Source of the DNA: a virus
Lineage: Duplodnaviria; Heunggongvirae; Uroviricota; Caudoviricetes
Reading direction: 5' to 3' (one strand)
Virus record (IMG/VR): IMGVR_UViG_3300049215_000070
Length of the DNA stretch: 64,000 bases
Below the pieces are notes generated by a model. That model had not been told where the DNA came from. It ran no database searches and saw nothing but the letters and a program-made list of their open reading frames with translations. Numbering within the stretch: the first letter of the stretch is position 1; each line of letters opens with the position of its first letter. This document shows positions 9,239-18,468 of the stretch, piece by piece. The translations under genes and the position numbers were made by a program.

Positions 9239-9314
9239 TGCGGGATAGTTCAGTTAGCAGAACAGGCGGCTCATACCCGCTACGTCGCAGGTGCAACTCC
9301 TGTTCCCGCATCCA
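9239..9314 (+). tRNA. tRNA-Met (or Ile2) anticodon CAT, 76 nt with encoded CCA
   Basis: Hand-folded cloverleaf. Acceptor TGCGGGA/TCCCGCA 7 bp. U8, A14. D-stem GTTC/GAAC. Anticodon stem GGCGG/CCGCT. Loop CTCATAC (U33, CAU, A37). T-stem GCAGG/CCTGT. T-loop TGCAACT (G55 atypical). Discriminator U, then CCA. Confidence 0.7.
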
Positions 9315-9590
9315 TTTTGTCGTGCAGCGGACTGCAGGCAAGAGCGCTGAATGCCAACGTAAGGGTTTCGAGTGCCGAGTCCAAAGGGCTGTGTCACGGC
9401 CAGCCACGGCAGATAGAAAACCCAGTCAACACCGTCGCTTTGTAACGGGGATCAAATCAGATTCGGTCTTAAGTGACACGACGCAATGCGCGGAGCATCG
9501 AGCGGGTGAGAGGCCCTGCATTCCATTCATGCCGCCCACACCGGGCGCCCTGCTGACCATTCGGCCAGCTGAAGCAACCAGGAAACCACG

Positions 9591-10583
9591 ATGAGTAAAT
9601 TAGGACACGAGGACGACAACGAGGAGATCACCTCACAGGTGGTTGATAACCCGAGCGATGACACGGATGACAGCCCGCAGGCTGAATCAGACGATCCCAA
9701 GGTTCCACAAGTAGTCGAGGCATCAGATGAGCGACTTACCACCTCTGACGAGGGAGAGAGCGATGATGCTGAGGAAGACACTGGGCGATCCCGTAAGCGA
9801 GAGTCTGCAAAGGAGCGCCGCGAGCGCGCCCGCAAAGCCAAAGAAGCAGACAAGCAAGAAATTGAAATCCTCCGTCGCACCGTCGCCAAGCAAGACCAGC
9901 GTTTCAAAGAGATCGAGCAGCGACTGACCGTTAACCGCGTCACAGAAATTGATGAACGCCTGGCGACGGTTACAGCTGAGGCTGAAAACTTCGACCGCAT
10001 TTTTGGGATGGCGATCAGCAAGAACAACGGCGAGGACGCGCGCAAGGCGGCGCAGCTTCGTGACGAGGCAAAGCAGAAAGCCTGGGCACTTTACAACGAG
10101 AAGCAGCAGATCATCACTCAGTCTCAGCAGCCGCGCGCCGCCGAGACGCCAGCGTACGCCGACAAGGCGGTCAGGTTCCTTGCTGACAAACCGTGGTACA
10201 ATCCAGCAAGCGGCGACGAAGACAGTCTCGTGGTTGAGGCGCTAGACAAGGCGCTCACCAAAACGATGAACCCCAACGACCCGCTCTACTGGGAAACTCT
10301 GGACCGTAAAGTGAAAGAGAAACTCCCGCACAGATTTAGCGACGCACAAGACGACGACGACAGCGACGGCACGCCGCCGCCTCGTGATACGCAGCGACGC
10401 AAAGGACCGCCTACCGGCGGAACCAACCGGTCATCCAGCAACGGCAACCGCAACCCGGGCCAGATCGTTCTTCCCAAGGAGATGGTCGAGGCCATGAAGG
10501 AAGCAGGTAAGTGGGATGACCCCGTAGTCCGAGCACGAGTAGCCAAGCGCTACCATGACGGACTCAAGAATCGCAACGGCTAA
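9591..10583 (+). CDS. scaffolding protein (acidic N-terminus, coiled-coil core)
   Basis: 330 aa, very acidic N-terminus (DDNEE...DDTDDSPQAESDD). KERRERARKAKEADKQEIEILRR coiled coil. Located between the portal and the major capsid gene. Confidence 0.6.
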   Translation: MSKLGHEDDNEEITSQVVDNPSDDTDDSPQAESDDPKVPQVVEASDERLTTSDEGESDDAEEDTGRSRKRESAKERRERARKAKEADKQEIEILRRTVAKQDQRFKEIEQRLTVNRVTEIDERLATVTAEAENFDRIFGMAISKNNGEDARKAAQLRDEAKQKAWALYNEKQQIITQSQQPRAAETPAYADKAVRFLADKPWYNPASGDEDSLVVEALDKALTKTMNPNDPLYWETLDRKVKEKLPHRFSDAQDDDDSDGTPPPRDTQRRKGPPTGGTNRSSSNGNRNPGQIVLPKEMVEAMKEAGKWDDPVVRARVAKRYHDGLKNRNG

Positions 10584-10599
10584 CCTTTAGGAGTCAGCC

Positions 10600-11148
10600 A
10601 TGGCAGACGCACGTTTAAGTAAGCAGACCGTCAACCGACGCCCTCAGCGAGCCGCCCAGAACCGGGCAGTAACCGAGAATCGTCAATCTACGGACGCAGA
10701 TAGATTGGCATTGTTCCGAATGGCGCACGCGCAAGCGGCGTTGCCGGACTTGCCGCCCATCCCTGGGTACCATGTTTGTTGGTTGACCTCGACCAACTCA
10801 AAGGACTCACTGGCCTTTCGCCGACGACTTGGGTACGAACCCATCAAACCGGAAGAGCTGGTAGGTTTTGGAGAGTTCGCTGTAGGTCAAGGTGGCACGG
10901 TAGATGGATTGGTTCACGTCAACGAGATGGTCGCTTTTAAGCTACCGCTCGATGTCTACAACCAGTACATGCAAGAGAACCACCACTACGCACCCGCCCG
11001 AGAAGACGAAAAGCTGACCGACACGGCACAGCAAACCGCGCAGACTCTGGCACGCAAAACCGGCAAAGAGGTTGAGCTTGGGGACGGAATCGAAGGTCTC
11101 GAACACATGGCCTCCATTCCGGTACCGGACTTCATCGATAACGCATAA
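10600..11148 (+). CDS. hypothetical head-module protein (182 aa)
   Basis: GGAG RBS. ORF between the scaffold and the capsid genes. Confidence 0.5.
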   Translation: MADARLSKQTVNRRPQRAAQNRAVTENRQSTDADRLALFRMAHAQAALPDLPPIPGYHVCWLTSTNSKDSLAFRRRLGYEPIKPEELVGFGEFAVGQGGTVDGLVHVNEMVAFKLPLDVYNQYMQENHHYAPAREDEKLTDTAQQTAQTLARKTGKEVELGDGIEGLEHMASIPVPDFIDNA

Positions 11149-11208
11149 CCGCGACCGATTCCTTCCGTGACCGAATGGAGCAGTTAATAAGCTCCATAGG
11201 ACACATAC

Positions 11209-11865
11209 ATGTCTCTTACTGCACTTCCTTCTGGTCTGGTACCCGCGTACCACCCGACGGGTGAGATCCGCAGCATAGCGCACACCGGCATCCTTTTGCC
11301 GGGAACCAACGTCAACATCTTCAAGGGCCAACCGGTCAAGGTGTTGATTGGTACGGGCGCCGCTGTCAACGGTGTCACAATTCCCGCCGGTCAATCTTAC
11401 CTCGCGCCCTGCACCGCCACCACGGACAAGATCTACGGTGTTTTCGCTGGCTGCGAGTACTTCGACGCAACCAACACGCCGCAAGAATCCAACTTCTGGC
11501 CCGCGTCTCAGGTTTGCTTCGCCGGTACGGCTGTCACCGCCTTCATCTGGCACGACCCGCTCATCGAGTACACGATCCAAACCGACGGCACCGCGTCAGG
11601 CGTCACCACGACCCTGGCTGACGGATTCGTTCGCTTTGACGGTCGCGAGCTGAACATCACCAACTTCGCCGCAGGTTCCGCCACGGTTGGTTTGTCTCAG
11701 TGTACCGCCGGGTTGTCGACTCTCGTTGCCACCGCCACCCAGGGTCAGCTGTTTATCACCAAGACAGACCCGACCATCCTCAATCAAACCGCGGGCGACA
11801 CGTACCTGCAGCTACAGGTTCGCATTGCGAACACGCAGACTGCGGCTCCGTTCGTTTCCGTCTAA
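11209..11865 (+). CDS. hypothetical structural protein (218 aa), possibly capsid decoration or accessory
   Basis: Gly/Thr/Ala-rich ORF immediately upstream of the major capsid gene. Confidence 0.5.
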   Translation: MSLTALPSGLVPAYHPTGEIRSIAHTGILLPGTNVNIFKGQPVKVLIGTGAAVNGVTIPAGQSYLAPCTATTDKIYGVFAGCEYFDATNTPQESNFWPASQVCFAGTAVTAFIWHDPLIEYTIQTDGTASGVTTTLADGFVRFDGRELNITNFAAGSATVGLSQCTAGLSTLVATATQGQLFITKTDPTILNQTAGDTYLQLQVRIANTQTAAPFVSV

Positions 11866-11877
11866 GGAGTCATGTAA

Positions 11878-12795
11878 ATGGCAGTCCCAATGCGCAGTAC
11901 AGACTTCCGCAACATCGTTGAGCCGATTCTCAACGAAGAGTTCGACGGAGTCTACGAGCAACGCGCCGACGAGTGGAACCAGGTATTCAAGCAGATTACC
12001 GGTATCCCCCGCTCATACCATGAAGAGCCTGTGCTGTTCGGCTTTAGCGCCGCGCCCTTGCTCCCCGACGGTCAGCCCGTCACCTACCAGGCTGGCGGAC
12101 AATTGTTCGTCTACCGGTACTTCTATCAGGTCTACGGCTTGGCGTTCGCGCTGACCAAGGTCCTCGTGGAAGACGGCGACCACATCCGCATCGGCCAGAC
12201 GTACTCGCGCCATCTCGCGCAGTCGCTGATCGAAACCAAAGAGACGCTCTGCGCCAACGTGATCAACCGCGCTTTCAACAGCTCGTTTGTCGGCGGCGAT
12301 GGTGTCTCGCTCATTAACGCGGCTCACCCGATTCAGAACGCGGGAAGCTTCAGCAACATCCTGGGCACGGCGGCTGCGCTGTCTCAGACGTCGCTTGAGC
12401 AGATCCTGATTCAGATTCGCGGCGCGGTTGACAATAACGGTAAGAAAATCCGCCTGGAGCCGAAGAAGCTCGTGGTGGCCCCGTCGAACGTGTTCCAAGC
12501 GGAAGTGCTCCTAAAGAGCGTGCTCCGTACCGGCACCACGAACAATGACATTAACCCGATCAAGTCCATGGGCTTGCTCAGCGGTGGTCAAGCGAACCTG
12601 TCGCGTCTGACCAGCAACACGGCCTGGTTCGTCCAGACCGACGCCCCCGAGGGCTTGAAGCTGGTGAATCGTCGGTCCTTGCAAAAAAGCATGGAGGGGG
12701 ATTTTGAAACGGATTCAATACGTTACAAAGCAACGGAGCGCTATGCCGTCGGCTTCACGGACCCTCGATGTCTTTTCGGTACGCCTGGGTTATGA
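11878..12795 (+). CDS. major capsid protein (HK97 fold)
   Basis: AAGGAG RBS. 305 aa. Sequence character typical of HK97-fold major capsid proteins. Position after the scaffold. Followed by a strong terminator. Confidence 0.75.
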   Translation: MAVPMRSTDFRNIVEPILNEEFDGVYEQRADEWNQVFKQITGIPRSYHEEPVLFGFSAAPLLPDGQPVTYQAGGQLFVYRYFYQVYGLAFALTKVLVEDGDHIRIGQTYSRHLAQSLIETKETLCANVINRAFNSSFVGGDGVSLINAAHPIQNAGSFSNILGTAAALSQTSLEQILIQIRGAVDNNGKKIRLEPKKLVVAPSNVFQAEVLLKSVLRTGTTNNDINPIKSMGLLSGGQANLSRLTSNTAWFVQTDAPEGLKLVNRRSLQKSMEGDFETDSIRYKATERYAVGFTDPRCLFGTPGL

Positions 12796-12801
12796 GTAAC
12801 G

Positions 12802-12833
12802 CGGGTCAGTAAAATGACCCGTATCCTTTAAAA
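12802..12833 (+). terminator. rho-independent terminator after the major capsid gene
   Basis: CGGGTCA gtaaaa TGACCCG (7-bp perfect stem) followed by TATCCTTTAAAA. Confidence 0.6.
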
Positions 12834-12840
12834 CCATGTT

Positions 12841-12876
12841 AGACTCTCTTCTGGAGTAATAACCAGGAGAGAGTCT
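12841..12876 (+). promoter_or_regulatory. RBS-sequestering hairpin in front of the endonuclease VII gene
   Basis: AGACTCTCTTCTGG agtaataa CCAGGAGAGAGTCT: 14-bp stem with one mismatch. The 3' arm contains the AGGAGA RBS and abuts the TTG start at 12876. Confidence 0.5.
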
Positions 12877-13364
12877 TGAAACTCTGTACAATCGATGGGT
12901 GCGGCAACAAGCACCAAGCCAAAGGCATGTGTAACAAGCACTACATGCGCCAATGGTATCTCGATCACCCTGAAGGCAAGATTGCCGCCAAGGTGAGAAT
13001 GAGTCAGGTTCCGCGTGCGATAATGCGGGACAGGGCGCTGCGATACGCTTACGGGGTTGACTCGAAGTGGTACGCAGAGCAACTGGCAAAACAGAACGGC
13101 GTGTGCGCCATCTGTCACAAGCCAGAAACGAAGTTCATGAAGGGCACGCTAATGCGGCTCGCAGTGGACCACTGCCACGACACCGGCAAGGTGCGCGGCC
13201 TCTTATGCCAGGCGTGCAATCGCGGCATAGGCTGTTTCAATCATGACCCGATGTTGCTACGCAGCGCCATCGAGTATCTTTCACCTACGGTCAGCCCAAC
13301 ACCGACCCCTGAAGGCTGGCCTCTGATCCGCTGCCGGGGTAGCGCCTCTACGACACACGCCTGA
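12876..13364 (+). CDS. endonuclease VII-type HNH (homing) endonuclease
   Basis: AVDHCHDTGKVRGLLCQACNRGIG motif. N-terminal CxxC...C..H Zn motif. TTG start with AGGAGA RBS. Confidence 0.8.
   Translation: MKLCTIDGCGNKHQAKGMCNKHYMRQWYLDHPEGKIAAKVRMSQVPRAIMRDRALRYAYGVDSKWYAEQLAKQNGVCAICHKPETKFMKGTLMRLAVDHCHDTGKVRGLLCQACNRGIGCFNHDPMLLRSAIEYLSPTVSPTPTPEGWPLIRCRGSASTTHA
13289..13315 (+). repeat. 27-bp direct repeat, copy A (GTCAGCCCAACACCGACCCCTGAAGGC)
   Basis: Matches 13440..13466 with one mismatch. Lies inside the 3' end of the endonuclease VII ORF. Confidence 0.8.
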
Positions 13365-13439
13365 AAAACGTTCTTGTCGCAAGCGCCCCCGGCATTTTGA
13401 TTTCTTCTCTCAAACCGTAGCCACGCTACGATAACCAGC

Positions 13440-13466
13440 GTCAGCCCAAAACCGACCCCTGAAGGC
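13440..13466 (+). repeat. 27-bp direct repeat, copy B (GTCAGCCCAAAACCGACCCCTGAAGGC)
   Basis: Lies in the intergenic region 33 nt upstream of the next gene start (13499). Confidence 0.8.
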
Positions 13467-13498
13467 GGCGAGAAAGCACGAGGCGCAAAGGTGCAATA

Positions 13499-14743
13499 AT
13501 GCGTACATCCCTATCCGGTCCTGTAATCCTTTACGGGAACGACAATCCCCAGCAGATCAGCGAAACTGACTCTGGTCCGAACATCGACTACCAGGCCAAT
13601 GCCGTACTCGACTCTCGCTACGTTTCGCAGGTAACTGCGGCTGGCGAAGGAGCACAAGCAGGCATCCTTTGCTGGTCAAACCCTGTTGAGATGGAGCTTC
13701 TGAGCTACGTCCCGGCAGCGGCCAACGCCGCCAACATCGCCGCCGCTCAGTCGCCGACAGTGGGCGGATTCTTCACGCTCGCGACAAGCAGCACCAACGC
13801 AGTCTGCGCGAACATCCCGCTGGTCCCTCAAGGTACCGCGATTCAGCCGACGGCGACCACAATCCCTGTCCTGGCTTTGGACTTTGGCTTTGCTCAGGTC
13901 ACCACGACCACGGCGGCGGGCACGGCGAACATTCTCACGATTACTGGTCCTTCTCCGACCGGTTACACCTCGACCGCCACCTACGGTTCGCGTTTTTTCT
14001 ACCCGGGTCAGCGCATCCTGGTAGGCGGCGCGGGCAACGCCGCGGGCACGGTTCCGCTGTCCACCATCGTTCTAGCGACCGACCGTTACGCAGCCCCGGG
14101 CTACGCGGTGCAGGCCGCTGGCACGGTACTGATTGCAAACAACGCGCTCTTCGCGGGCACCAACCTTCCGGTCGGCACCAGCGATCAAGAGTACGGCGTC
14201 GCCGTCAAGCCGGTCGTCAAAGCTGGCGCGGCTCGCGTCTATGATCCGGCGCAGATGGGCACACGTCAGGTTATCGTCACCGCATCCGGCGCCTCCACGG
14301 GCACTGTTACCATTCGCGGTTACGACATATACGAGCAGCCGATGTCTGAAACACAGACCATTGTCGGCTCGGGTGTGACGGTTCCGAAAAAGGCTTTCGG
14401 CTACGTCTCCAGCGTCCAGCTGAACGTTGGCTCGACGCTGACGGGCACGCTTTCGGTGGGAACAAACAGCACCATCGGTCTACCGATCCGTGTTGACGAG
14501 TTTGAGTACGCCGGGATATTCGTCAGCGGCGCTCAGATTTTTTCAGCAACCGGACTCACGTTTGCCGACCAAACCCCGACGGCCACCTCTACCACGGGCG
14601 ACGTGCGTGGAACCTACACGATGCAGACGGCGCCGAACGGCACCACGAACCGTGTGGTGCTCTTCTACCAGAAGCCCATCGCGACAGCCAAGGTATCCAG
14701 CAACATCGACTTCCGTGGCTTCACGGGCGTCACCAACGCTTAA
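13499..14743 (+). CDS. virion structural protein (414 aa, Thr/Ala/Gly-rich)
   Basis: Large ORF in the structural block. No specific motif. Confidence 0.55.
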   Translation: MRTSLSGPVILYGNDNPQQISETDSGPNIDYQANAVLDSRYVSQVTAAGEGAQAGILCWSNPVEMELLSYVPAAANAANIAAAQSPTVGGFFTLATSSTNAVCANIPLVPQGTAIQPTATTIPVLALDFGFAQVTTTTAAGTANILTITGPSPTGYTSTATYGSRFFYPGQRILVGGAGNAAGTVPLSTIVLATDRYAAPGYAVQAAGTVLIANNALFAGTNLPVGTSDQEYGVAVKPVVKAGAARVYDPAQMGTRQVIVTASGASTGTVTIRGYDIYEQPMSETQTIVGSGVTVPKKAFGYVSSVQLNVGSTLTGTLSVGTNSTIGLPIRVDEFEYAGIFVSGAQIFSATGLTFADQTPTATSTTGDVRGTYTMQTAPNGTTNRVVLFYQKPIATAKVSSNIDFRGFTGVTNA

Positions 14744-14756
14744 TACGGAGAACATC

Positions 14757-14912
14757 ATGTCCTTAGTATTTAATTTCCCTGTCGGTTTGGTTTTCGGCGC
14801 GGTCGCCGCGGTTGTCTCTTCCAAGGTCTACTCCTGGGTAAAATCCAAGGTAGTCGCCCCGGTGGAGACGAAAGTCGCCTCAGTGGAGAGCGCCGTCGAA
14901 AAGAAGGCGTAA
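14757..14912 (+). CDS. small membrane protein (51 aa)
   Basis: GGAGAACATC ATG. MSLVFNFPVGLVFGAVAAVVSS hydrophobic N-terminus. Confidence 0.45.
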   Translation: MSLVFNFPVGLVFGAVAAVVSSKVYSWVKSKVVAPVETKVASVESAVEKKA

Positions 14913-14915
14913 GCC

Positions 14916-15263
14916 GTGAAGCTTACCCAGAACAGCTACGTCATCACTGGGGTAGGCAACTCCCCGCTGATACCTCTCGACACGCACGTCAACCCGGTCG
15001 AGGTGTTTGGCTCGATCATCGACGGTGGCGCTTCTACGTATGCGGTTCATTACACCACCGCTGATGTATTTGCGCCAGGATACAGCGCAGCGGCTGATGC
15101 GATTCTTAACTCAAGCACCATCCCTACCGGGCCGACGACCGGCAGCAAGCCGTTCAATTTCAGCGCCGCTGGCGCCACCGCGATCCAACTCCAGGTCACC
15201 GTAGGTCCCGCAACGGTCACGCTTGGCCCAGTATTCCAGTCTGACAACACTTTGGGCGCATAA
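14916..15263 (+). CDS. small structural protein (115 aa)
   Basis: GTG start 3 nt after the upstream stop. Thr/Gly/Ala-rich. Confidence 0.45.
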   Translation: MKLTQNSYVITGVGNSPLIPLDTHVNPVEVFGSIIDGGASTYAVHYTTADVFAPGYSAAADAILNSSTIPTGPTTGSKPFNFSAAGATAIQLQVTVGPATVTLGPVFQSDNTLGA

Positions 15264-15298
15264 GCGGCAGTTAAAAGGCAGTATGATAAAATTGACGT

Positions 15299-15736
15299 AT
15301 GCCAAAAGCCAAGGATGCGTCAAAGAGATTTTTCACCGGGGTACCATGTAAGCATGGTCACATATCGGAGCGATGGACCAACAATGGACGTTGCATCGAA
15401 TGCCGGATGAATTATCAGGGAACCAGGAAAGACTACTATCGGCGCAAGGGTCGAGAGGCTTACTGGAATGATCCAGACAGAAAACAAAAAACCCTGGACA
15501 ACACCAGGAAGCAGCGCGGACTACCACAGCCGGAAAGACCGCCGCCAGCACACTGCGAATTGTGCGGCAAAAAATCAACCAGGAATTTATGCCTGGATCA
15601 CGACCACCAAAACGGCAGGTTTCGCGGCTGGCTATGCGGCAATTGCAATAGCGGTCTCGGTAAGCTTGGCGACACATCGGAAGCACTAATGAAAGCACTC
15701 GCTTACTTGGACAGGGCGTCACAGTCATGGCGGTGA
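15299..15736 (+). CDS. endonuclease VII-type HNH (homing) endonuclease, second copy
   Basis: LCLDHDHQNGRFRGWLCGNCNSGLGKLGD plus N-terminal C..H...C..C Zn motif. Lower GC than its flanks. Confidence 0.8.
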   Translation: MPKAKDASKRFFTGVPCKHGHISERWTNNGRCIECRMNYQGTRKDYYRRKGREAYWNDPDRKQKTLDNTRKQRGLPQPERPPPAHCELCGKKSTRNLCLDHDHQNGRFRGWLCGNCNSGLGKLGDTSEALMKALAYLDRASQSWR

Positions 15737-16968
15737 CCTATGTGAAAGACTTCTCCTTCCCCTCCGACTTTGGATTTTCCAAGAACGGCAGCGCTAGCGT
15801 CCCAGGAAAAGCCAAAGGGGGCCGCGCAACGACCCCACAAGCTTACCGCGAGGGCGGCAAGGTCCAGCCTGCGCAGTCGAAGTACTCCGGTCACGTCGCC
15901 AAGTCTGACGCCAAGCCGATGTCGGGTGCCGGGGCCAAGAATCTCTCCTACGGCAAAGCTTCGATGCCCGCCAAGACCACGATGGAAAAGAGCAGCGGCA
16001 TGCAGTCCCCGGCATTCAAGTCGGGCGGCAAGGCAGAGCGCAATGCGTCGATGATGAAGTCGCACATGGCGCGCCGCGCGAACGGTGGCGCGGCAACTGC
16101 CGAAGCCCCGGTTCCCATGGGCAAGAAATCCAGCTGGAACAAAGACGACGCCGTCAGCCCGGGAAGCTTCAAACGCACCCCGCCGAAGCAAGGCGCCAAG
16201 AACCCTGAATCCGCACGCGACAAGTTCGCCGCGAAGACCGCAGAGCCTGCCACCAAGCAAGAGGGCGACGTTGAGCGCATGAGCGGCTGGTCCGACTTCA
16301 AGAAGGGCGGCAAGGTAACGAAAAAGAAAATGGGCGGCGGTGTTCAAGACCGTTACGAGTCCAGCGACGGCTCAGGCTCTATGTCCAAGGACAAGACCGG
16401 CACCTCGAAGAAGATCAAAGGCACCCCAGCGTACAATTCGGGTGGTCGCATCAAGAGCATGGGCAAGTACGCGCACGGCGGCAAGGTCTGGAAAGACGGC
16501 AGTACTCAGAAACCCGGCGGCGACGCCAAGTACGAAAAGGCCGCGGGAACTCCGAAGCGGGACCACTTGTCGACCAAGGGCGAAGTCGAATCCGGCAAAG
16601 CAACCGGCAAGAGCACCGCACCCGCGCAGGGCGAGAAGCGCATGGCCCAAGGTGGCCTAAGCCGCGCCACCAGCCCGAAGCGAAACGCCGCGATTCACGC
16701 GAAGTCTCGCAAAGTATCTCCTGGCGCCTCGCTGGGCGCATTGGCGAGCGTTCTGGGCGGCGCGGGCGTACCGCATCAGCCGAGCGCACCGGGCATGGGT
16801 CCGTCGCCTCCTGGGATGGCACCTGGGATGGCACCTGGGATGGGTTCCCCTCCGGGTGGGCAAATGGGTGCAATGCGGCCTCAGGCGCCTGGCCCTGGCG
16901 CTCCTGCGATGGCTGGCGGTGGTTCCGTAAAACATGTAATGGTTCACCATATCTCGTACAAGAAGTAA
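15727..16968 (+). CDS. lysine-rich, highly basic low-complexity virion protein with ~8 GG[KR][VA] motifs and a Pro/Gly/Met-rich C-terminus
   Basis: 413 aa. Contains REGGKVQ, KSGGKAE, KKGGKVT, NSGGRIK, AHGGKVW, PGMAPGMAPGMG. No enzymatic motif. Confidence 0.6.
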   Translation: MAVTYVKDFSFPSDFGFSKNGSASVPGKAKGGRATTPQAYREGGKVQPAQSKYSGHVAKSDAKPMSGAGAKNLSYGKASMPAKTTMEKSSGMQSPAFKSGGKAERNASMMKSHMARRANGGAATAEAPVPMGKKSSWNKDDAVSPGSFKRTPPKQGAKNPESARDKFAAKTAEPATKQEGDVERMSGWSDFKKGGKVTKKKMGGGVQDRYESSDGSGSMSKDKTGTSKKIKGTPAYNSGGRIKSMGKYAHGGKVWKDGSTQKPGGDAKYEKAAGTPKRDHLSTKGEVESGKATGKSTAPAQGEKRMAQGGLSRATSPKRNAAIHAKSRKVSPGASLGALASVLGGAGVPHQPSAPGMGPSPPGMAPGMAPGMGSPPGGQMGAMRPQAPGPGAPAMAGGGSVKHVMVHHISYKK

Positions 16969-17038
16969 TTCCGGGATATTCGATATTCGCGAATCGCGAA
17001 CTCCCTGATTCGCATAAGATTCTAGGAAGTAATCGCTG

Positions 17039-18094
17039 ATGGCGTCTACCAATCAGGGCACGGTCAACCCGCTACTCACGACCGGCACCTACAACAACAT
17101 AGCGATTGACAACCGCACGTTCATTGACCGTGTGTACGGCGCGTTGAAGCTGCGCCCGCAGCAGATCACCGCCGAGATGATTTTGATTGGCCTGGACATG
17201 ATAAACCTCGTGCAGCTCGACATGCTGAACGACGCCGCGCCGCTTTGGACCCTTCGCAAGTACATCCAGCCCCTGTACCAGGGTCAGCAGCAGTACGTGC
17301 TCCCGCCGAGCACAAACGACGTCACGAAGGCGTTTTACCGGACGATGTCGAACCTGACCAGCTCCGCGACAATCACAAACTCGACCGCGTACTACCAGTG
17401 GAGCTTCACGCAGCCTACGCAGGTCACCACAATCAATCTGAACTGGCCGTCCGCGAGCTTCCCGGTGCAGTACCAGTACAGCCTTGACAACGTCAACTGG
17501 AGCACCGCGGCAAACTCAAGCAGCACTCACAACGGCATTGTTGGGTACAGCGCGCAAGACATCGACAACGCCAGCGCGTACCAGTACTGGCGCGTCATCC
17601 CGGCCACCAGCCAAAACGGGGTGCCGATTACGGTGCCCAATACTTTGCCGCTGACGCTGAGCGGGCAGGTGTACAATACCCCTGCGGACATAGAAATGTA
17701 CCGCATGAACCGGGACGATTACTGGAACCTGACCAACAAGACCTTCCAGGGGAGACCGCTGCAGTGGTGGATGGATCGTCAAATATACCCGCAGATGGAT
17801 CTCTGGCCCGCGCCAGACGCCACCGCGGCTCAGAATTTCATGGTGGTCTGGCGGCAGCGCATGATCGCCGACGCAGGCAGCCTGCAGAACACGCTAGAGA
17901 TCCCGCCGCGCTGGTACCTGGCGTTTTTTTATCGTGTCGCCGCCGAGCTGGCTTTTTGCACACCAGAGGTTGACCCCGAGGTCACCGGGCAGATTCAGGC
18001 CAAGTCGGATGCTCACTGGAAACGCGCCTGGGGTGAGGAGCGCGACAAGTCCCCAATCAAGTTCCAGACGCAGATCGGGGTTTATACTCGATGA
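17039..18094 (+). CDS. virion or tail structural protein (351 aa)
   Basis: ORF in the structural block. Asn/Thr/Gln-rich. Confidence 0.5.
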   Translation: MASTNQGTVNPLLTTGTYNNIAIDNRTFIDRVYGALKLRPQQITAEMILIGLDMINLVQLDMLNDAAPLWTLRKYIQPLYQGQQQYVLPPSTNDVTKAFYRTMSNLTSSATITNSTAYYQWSFTQPTQVTTINLNWPSASFPVQYQYSLDNVNWSTAANSSSTHNGIVGYSAQDIDNASAYQYWRVIPATSQNGVPITVPNTLPLTLSGQVYNTPADIEMYRMNRDDYWNLTNKTFQGRPLQWWMDRQIYPQMDLWPAPDATAAQNFMVVWRQRMIADAGSLQNTLEIPPRWYLAFFYRVAAELAFCTPEVDPEVTGQIQAKSDAHWKRAWGEERDKSPIKFQTQIGVYTR

Positions 18095-18468
18095 GCTTGT
18101 ATCTCGACACGCGCGGAAACGCAAACGTCGCCATCGGTATATGCGGCAGATGCTCGCTGAAGTACCCGCTGGTGGACTTGCATCCTGATCCAAACAGCCC
18201 CGGCCTGATGGTGTGCGGCACCCCGGGGGCGATGACCGGCAAAGGGACATGGGTTGGCGGCTGGGGATGCGCGGACATGCTCGACCCGTACCGTTTGCGG
18301 ACTCACGAGACCGAGAACATCACGCTTGAGTACCCACGCCCTGACGTCAAGCTTCCGGTGCCTGGGTACGTCACGGTCGCTCCCGGGGACGCCAACTGGC
18401 CCCCATCACAATTTCCTGACGACGGCCTTCAAGCCGCGCAGCTTCCTTCAACTGGGAATAGTTCGTAA
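18091..18468 (+). CDS. hypothetical structural protein (125 aa)
   Basis: ATGA coupling. Confidence 0.45.
   Translation: MSLYLDTRGNANVAIGICGRCSLKYPLVDLHPDPNSPGLMVCGTPGAMTGKGTWVGGWGCADMLDPYRLRTHETENITLEYPRPDVKLPVPGYVTVAPGDANWPPSQFPDDGLQAAQLPSTGNSS

Noticed and set aside
9322-9594. Arg-rich ORF 9322..9594 (+) and ORF 9066..9407 (-)
   Set aside because: They overlap the tRNA and the non-coding island. Their composition is an artefact of high GC.
16780-16860. 12-bp tandem repeats CCTGGGATGGCA x3 (also CAACAGGCACCG x3 at about 31255 and 15-bp PPVTT repeats at about 53160)
   Set aside because: These are short in-frame low-complexity linker repeats (PGMA, QQAP, PPVTT). Nothing suggests a separate function.
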